Assembly (NCBI GenBank): GCA_910592345.1
Contig: CAJVPI010000098.1
Coordinates: 1 to 54,504, forward strand
Reading direction: 5' to 3'
DNA: 54,504 nt
Origin: Paraglomus brasilianum
Taxonomy: Eukaryota
Each line of letters begins with the position of its first letter. Position 1 is the first letter of the stretch. This document shows positions 48,570 through 54,504 of the stretch, one piece after another. A model generated the notes under the pieces. That model did not search any database. It saw nothing but the letters and a program-made list of their open reading frames with translations, and was not told where the DNA came from. The position numbers were made by a program, and so were the translations under genes.

Positions 48570-48985
48570 ATATATTGCAAAAAGGACCATTTTAACTCTA
48601 CCTAATGAATTATTGATTGAATCAACTAATCCAGTAACACTTGATGAAGAGGATGATAATGACGAATTCTTCAGGCAATTCAGAACAGTGAATCACCAAA
48701 CATCAGCTTCAGATGAATCAGATGAAGTTGTACGATACTTGGTTCTTGAGAATATCGGTCTTAATGACGATCCATTAAAATGGTGGCAAAATCATAAAAA
48801 TAGTTTACTAGTTCTTGCACAACTGGCGAGGGAATTCCTGCAACTTCAGTCCCTTGTGAGAGACTATTCTCAGATGCTGGGAATCATATAACAGCAAAGA
48901 GACCGCGTTTATTACCGAATTTAGCAAACAATGTTTGTTTTTAAAGAGAAATTCGGAGTATGTCGAAATATTTCCGCCACAATAA
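48570..48985 (+). pseudogene. hAT transposase C-terminal dimerisation-domain relic
   Basis: DEVVRYL...DPLKWWQNHKNSLLVLAQLAR then, frameshifted, GIPATSVPCERLFSDAGNHITAKR. Confidence 0.9.
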
Positions 48986-49133
48986 AATTTGTTTTGGTAT
49001 AGTTAACAATTGATCGGACATGTTATTATTATGAAAAATAGTATAATCTGATTGCTAATAAAGACAATTGCTATAACATAATCATTAAAGCATAATTTGT
49101 CCCATGTTAATAAATATAAAAAAAAGTTGTGTA

Positions 49134-49666
49134 CAGTCAACTCTCTCTAAATGCACTCTCTCTAAATGCACACTCTCCCTATTCTGCACGTGCAACCGAT
49201 TCGCAATCCCGAGGAGTAATTCTAATATAAAGATAAATTCTGTAAATGCACACACGTGACCAGTCTGCATTAGTAGTATAGCGGTAGAATACTTGCCTTC
49301 CAAGCGAATGGCCTTGATTCGACTCCAGCTGATGCAGTATGTTAAGTTGCTGTGCTGATCGCTTACATCAGAATATTTAGCGAATCATGGCCTTAGTTCG
49401 ACCTCAGCTGATACAGTATGTTAAGTTGCCAAACGTGGAGATTTGCATTCTTTATTGTCAACAAGTTGCCAAACGTGGCCATACATCAGGTAAGATATTT
49501 AGCGAATCTACAATCTAAATCCTGATACTTACAGTAAATCAGGCTATTTTATGCAATGTGAAAATTAATAAACGTATTAATTTTATCACGTGATTTACTA
49601 GTACTCCCTAAATGCACGCTCTCAACTTTTCAGTCCCGAGGGTGTGCATTTAGGGAGAGTTGACTG
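49134..49666. mobile_element. Non-autonomous pogo/Tigger-like element, 533 bp
   Basis: 23-bp TIR CAGTCAACTCTC(T/C)CTAAATGCAC, TA on both sides, internal direct repeats at 49303-49510. Confidence 0.88.
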
Positions 49667-49970
49667 TAGGTAGGTTTCCCTTAAATCTTTTTATTAGTAT
49701 TAGTATTATATTATTATATTATTTATTATAACTATTACTATTAATATTATTAATATTAATTATCTTATCCCACCGCCCTTAGGACATTTATAAGGCAGAA
49801 GGCCATGTACCACAAAATTATCATTTCTATTCTATATTCTATATATGTTACTGTAATAAATTTAATCCATTGTACAATAAGTTGGAGTGCCTCAAAAACT
49901 AGTGACTCGTAATGATCAACTTCTAACCCTAATTTTCACAGCGGTTTTTACCGTTTTAATAAAGACGATA

Positions 49971-50909
49971 CACGGGGGGGGGGACAAAAGTATTGCACAC
50001 TTTTATATTTATGATATTGAAAAAATTTTATATGTAATAAAAAACTAAATTTTGTACCATCTACTGTCCATTTGCTTAAATGGGATGTTTATTTTGATTA
50101 ATGAAACGGGTTGTGATGATCACAAAAAAAATTAACAAAAACCCCCTAATTTTTACCTCGGCACATAAATGAGTTTCGACAAAGCGCTTACTGATTCTCA
50201 AAAAGGTGGTATAATTGCAACAAAAACTAAGTTACAATGATGCAACAGTCGCAATAACGATATAATGTCATCGCACAACAGTTCAACGGTTTTTTGCAGC
50301 CTAATCAGGAAAATCTCCGCAAAAAGATCAGGTCGGCCGCGCATTCTCTCAATCAGCGGGATCGACAAAAATTGAAACCCGCTGTTACAGCGAACAAAAA
50401 CACGACAATAAAGATCTGAGAAATTACTAAAGAAATTTCCGAAGCTAAAAACCGACGAATTTCCACAAGAACACTTCACCATACACTTTATGAAGAAATG
50501 TACGTTCGTGTATTCCTTTAAAAGAGCCTCTTATCTTAGAAAAAAAATCGGAAAATTCGACTTGAGTGGGCAATGGAAAGGAAGGAATTGGACTGTTGCA
50601 GACTGGAAGAAAGTCACATGGTCGGATGAATCTACTTTCTCTCAGTTGCGGTGGCACTGAAAAAACGCAATCCTCAGCTTTCAAATGTTCACAAACTTGA
50701 GAAGGCAGCAAAAGAAGAGTGTAATCCAAAAGTATATCGTAATTTAATACTATCTATGCCCAACCCTATTCAAGCTGTGATTGCTGCAAGTGGAGGAGAT
50801 ACTAACTATTGACATTCACTTTAAGTAAATAAAATTTTTTGGGGGTTTAATAAAAAAACTTTTTCAATATCATAAATATAAAAGTGTGCAATACTTTTGT
50901 CCTCCCGTA
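49971..50909 (+). mobile_element. Internally deleted Tc1-family transposon
   Basis: ~50-bp TIR (GGACAAAAGTATTGCACACTTTTATATTTATGATATTGAAAAA). Relics RSGRPRILS, WKKVTWSDESTF and IQAVIAASGGDTNY*. Confidence 0.9.
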
Positions 50910-51014
50910 ACACTGACATCGACGTACTGTATTTTTTTTCCACGCATCCATATATATATATCAATACAAATAATCTGTTATTACTATTACTTTATTCTAT
51001 ACATCACCGCATTA

Positions 51015-51200
51015 TAAACACATAACAAGCAACAATAACAGCGATAACAACGAAAACAACAACAACGAAAACGACAATCAAACCAACAACAACACCAACA
51101 ACGAAATCGACAATGAAAACAACAACAACACCAACAACAATAACAATAACAACAAGAACAACAGTAACAGTAACAAAACCACAACACTCAATACAACGCC
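51015..51200. repeat. Degenerate (AAC)n microsatellite
   Basis: Runs of ACA/ACG/ATA triplets; explains the Cys-rich and Leu-rich shadow ORFs. Confidence 0.85.
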
Positions 51201-51495
51201 CACTCCCCTATCAACAAAAGGCAAAAGAAAACAAGCACAAGACATCTCCGAACAAGGCACGTCAATAAACAAAAAATCACGAAAGCATCAGACTTTGCCT
51301 CAACATAAAACCGTTTATTCCATAGAAATCTACACACATAAAACGTACAATAAAGAAACATACAACTAAATAAATACTTCTGTTAACCCTATCATATCGA
51401 TATAATAAAAAGTGTCACGTGTGAAGCACGATTTTCAATATAAATAAGAAAAAGAGGTTTATGCAATTCCGGATGGTGAAGAACTTGTCAAATTA

Positions 51496-51660
51496 CAGCC
51501 GAACCTCCATAAAAGAACCCTCTATAAAGGAACAACCTCGAATAAAGAGCATTTTATCATGAGACAAACTCTGGCTTATTAGTAAATAAATAAGTTCTAT
51601 AAGAGAGCACCTCTATGATAGAACATAGCTTGACTGTGTTCTTTTATGGATATTTGACTG
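51496..51660. mobile_element. MITE, pogo/Tigger-like, 165 bp
   Basis: CAGCCGAACCTCCATAAAAGAAC versus right reverse complement CAGTCAAATATCCATAAAAGAAC; TA flanks. Confidence 0.75.
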
Positions 51661-52386
51661 TAATTGAAATGGAATTAGTATTGCTTGTTGATTTAAAGTT
51701 GGAGAATGATTTTATTACCAAAGAGTATTTAAATTTACCTTTGCTAGGGCTTATTGGACAGATGTATTTTCATACTTTAGTGACGAGAGTGAATATCATA
51801 ATTTCAATCTCTTCCATCATTATTATAATATGATCAGTTACAATTATCATCGTAAGAATACAAAATTTTACCTTTTTTACCCGTCCTATCAGTCTCGCCT
51901 ACCATTTTTATTTTAAATTTGTTAAAAATACTAAACCAGACTTTTTCTTCGTCATTGGTATGTCTTGTGTTATGTAGAGCTTTATGCCCCTCTTATTGCT
52001 TTTAAAAGAGCAAGGTTTTTACCTCAAGTTCATACTCGAGTTTTTCCGACATATCTTTCTCGTTCCCATTATCTTCTGCCTTCCTTTTTATTGTTCTAGG
52101 TGGCTTATTATCGGAACCGCTATCAATCGAACTTGTGTATTTATCTAATACTAATGCCTCTTGTTCATACGTTTGGGCATGGTGAATGTGAATATAAAAA
52201 ACTGACTCGACGCGAGTTAGTAAATAGTAATATATTAATTTCTAATAATCACATCTGCTCAATCACCAACGTTAGGTTCATGTGAAATATAATGTCTCCA
52301 ATTTAGTCAATGCCTACTTATTTATAGTATTGAGTTCCAACTTTATCGGAGCATGAAGCTATTGAGAAGGTCTTACCTTTCTTTTT

Positions 52387-52388
<2 letters not shown>

Positions 52389-52417
<29 letters not shown>
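52389..52417. repeat. Poly-T tract (~29 nt)
   Basis: T run. Confidence 0.85.
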
Positions 52418-53867
52418 CAGTAAACAGGAAAAAACCACGGCATGTCAAAGGGTGGGTGAGAAAATTTGTAACTCTTTTTTTTCTTCTTAATACCTCGGCT
52501 ACACGATGATGAGAGAAGTAGCTGATGAGAGCACCGTCAGTTACTCAAGGCGTTTTTAGACTTTACCCCGGGTATGCAGTGTATCAATGGTTTAAATTTT
52601 CGCGCTCAAATTTTTCATGCTACGGAAAATGTATGATTTGCGATCAAATTTAATGAATTGTAAGATTTAGCAAATACAGTATATAAACAGTACCTTTAAC
52701 TTTAAATAACAACTATTAGATATTAATATTAATATTAATATGTGGCAAAACATTGCGAGAGAGAGTAATATTTTCATCAAGTTGATAACTTTACCGCTCT
52801 AACGATAACAAACTATATATTTCTTTATGTTGCACCGCACAACTTTTACATTAATGCACGAAACAGTAATTGTGCGTGCGATGACAGCTTTTCGCCGGCA
52901 TTATTCCTCTTTACATTTCATGTGTACAGTACAATTTAGTAGAATACGCTCGCGTATCAACAATGTTCACGTTAATATATGGAATGTCTGTTATAAGGAT
53001 AACGATATTGCCTGTAATCAATCATTTTTACGCCAGTCGAAAATGTTTCAAATTTCAAGTTACGTTCCATCTTTTCTTCCGAATATAAGCAAACCCAATA
53101 AAGACCGACTAGTGACTAAAATAGTGTTAAAGTTAGAATAATTGAATACATATGCACACTAGGTCATGAATAAATAAAGTACACCTTTAGCGTTCAATCG
53201 TAGGTGTAAACAAATAAAGAACGCAAAACTTCATGAATAAATAAACCAATACTTACATAGGCATTAGTGATAACAAAGTCTATAACAATGTCATCTTTAG
53301 ACAAAACGTTAACCACGCATGGTAAAATGTATTCAGCATCATGGCCCTTATATTCAATCTCTATATTATACTGCATTTCTTGAGCTTGAGTCGATGTTTT
53401 TATTGTAATCTACAAATCAACATTTACATTTATTATTATTATATAATTAATACTGTAATCAACAATACTATTCAATACTTACTACAAACGTTGTTGTTAA
53501 CTTCCAATTCCGCAACAAAATGCTGAGTTTGTATTTATTTGGAGGTACTTGGAATATGGGTATTGTTACCTAATATATTTGTTTACTAATTAGTTCACTC
53601 ATAGAGAGTGTTAGACCATTATATTGATAGCTACTTACTTTATTAAGTCCATGACAGCGCAAATATCCCACATAACTGTCAAATAGTAAGCATTAACAAT
53701 AATATTTTATAAACATACAGTTATTATAATTTACGTACCAATCACATCTATCAGGGTATTTGATATGGCTTTCAAATGCAAAGTGTGCTTTCAGATGACC
53801 TAATAATAATAAAAGTAATTTAGTATGCATAATATATAATAATATATAAAATTATACAAATCATAAA

Positions 53868-54504
53868 TCAAGTGCAATCCTTACTTTTATGCATATGGTA
53901 AACTTTTTCAAAAAACACCTTTGTATTTTTATAATTACATGGAGCATTATTATACTTGTTATACCAAGTTATAGCAGTATTGTACCATTTGCTGTAATTA
54001 TCTGCTCCATACTGATGGTTACACAGTAATTGCCATTCATTGATGTTGTTTAAAATATACATTACATCAACAGGACTACTACCTACAAGAAGTTTAAACC
54101 ATTCCACATCAAAGTGCTCAAGTTTGTTTACAAATTCAAACATTATCTCAAATACTTTGTTTTGCATATACAGACGCCCAATATGCCCAATCACTTGTTC
54201 AGCTTTTTTCTTATCTCCCAAACCTACATGTACCACTAAACTTAAATACCAAGCATCATCATAAACCTTGTTTACACCAATTGCTGTCTCAATATCAAGC
54301 AGGGCTTTTCCAAAATTTTTTGTATCCAACTTGATCTTTGCTCTACTACATAGTGCCATATAGTTTGCAGGATCATCTTGCAATATCTGTGTATAGATGG
54401 TCAAAGCCTTTTCCAACTTGTTATTTTTATATGCAGTTTTAGCCTTTTGAAGTAATTTGTTTACATTTGGTGCTGTTATTGCCTTCCAGATTGTGTTCAA
54501 AGTA
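53868..54504 (-). CDS. TPR-repeat protein, 5'-truncated by the window edge
   Basis: KAKTAYKNNKLEKALTIYTQILQDDPANYMALCSRAKIKLDTKNFGKALLDIETAIGVNKVYDDAWY gives 2-3 TPR helix pairs. The frame is open to the window end. Confidence 0.75.
   Translation of the reverse strand, partial: TLNTIWKAITAPNVNKLLQKAKTAYKNNKLEKALTIYTQILQDDPANYMALCSRAKIKLDTKNFGKALLDIETAIGVNKVYDDAWYLSLVVHVGLGDKKKAEQVIGHIGRLYMQNKVFEIMFEFVNKLEHFDVEWFKLLVGSSPVDVMYILNNINEWQLLCNHQYGADNYSKWYNTAITWYNKYNNAPCNYKNTKVFFEKVYHMHKSKDCT

Noticed and set aside
50987..51272. Cys-rich metallothionein-like and poly-Leu ORFs
   Set aside because: Translation artefacts of the (AAC)n microsatellite.

Overview
Eukaryotic, AT-rich, intron-containing fungal DNA. 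Gene content (Sel1-repeat ORF, decayed DLG-type tyrosine-kinase-like genes, TPR ORF, many Tc1/mariner, pogo-like, hAT and Sola-like relics, patchy CpG depletion) points to an arbuscular mycorrhizal fungus (Glomeromycotina); this is inference. Spliced genes I could reconstruct exon by exon: an aquaglyceroporin with an aberrant first NPA motif, a P-loop ATPase-domain protein, an NTF2/SnoaL-like protein, IRE1, TVP38 and a KH-domain protein. There are also an intronless Sel1-repeat ORF, an SMCO3/DUF4533-like ORF and a partial TPR gene. Spacers hold transposon relics and pseudogenes. The most interesting signals are: (1) a dispersed ~110-200 bp element in at least four diverged copies with LTR-like ends and a conserved, apparently structured core; (2) the SMCO3-like ORF; (3) a hypermutated relic resembling a viral A32-type packaging ATPase; (4) a ~3 kb Sola-like transposon with ~600 bp inverted repeats; (5) the SVA/NPA aquaporin. 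All homology calls come from reading motifs; no database search was run.
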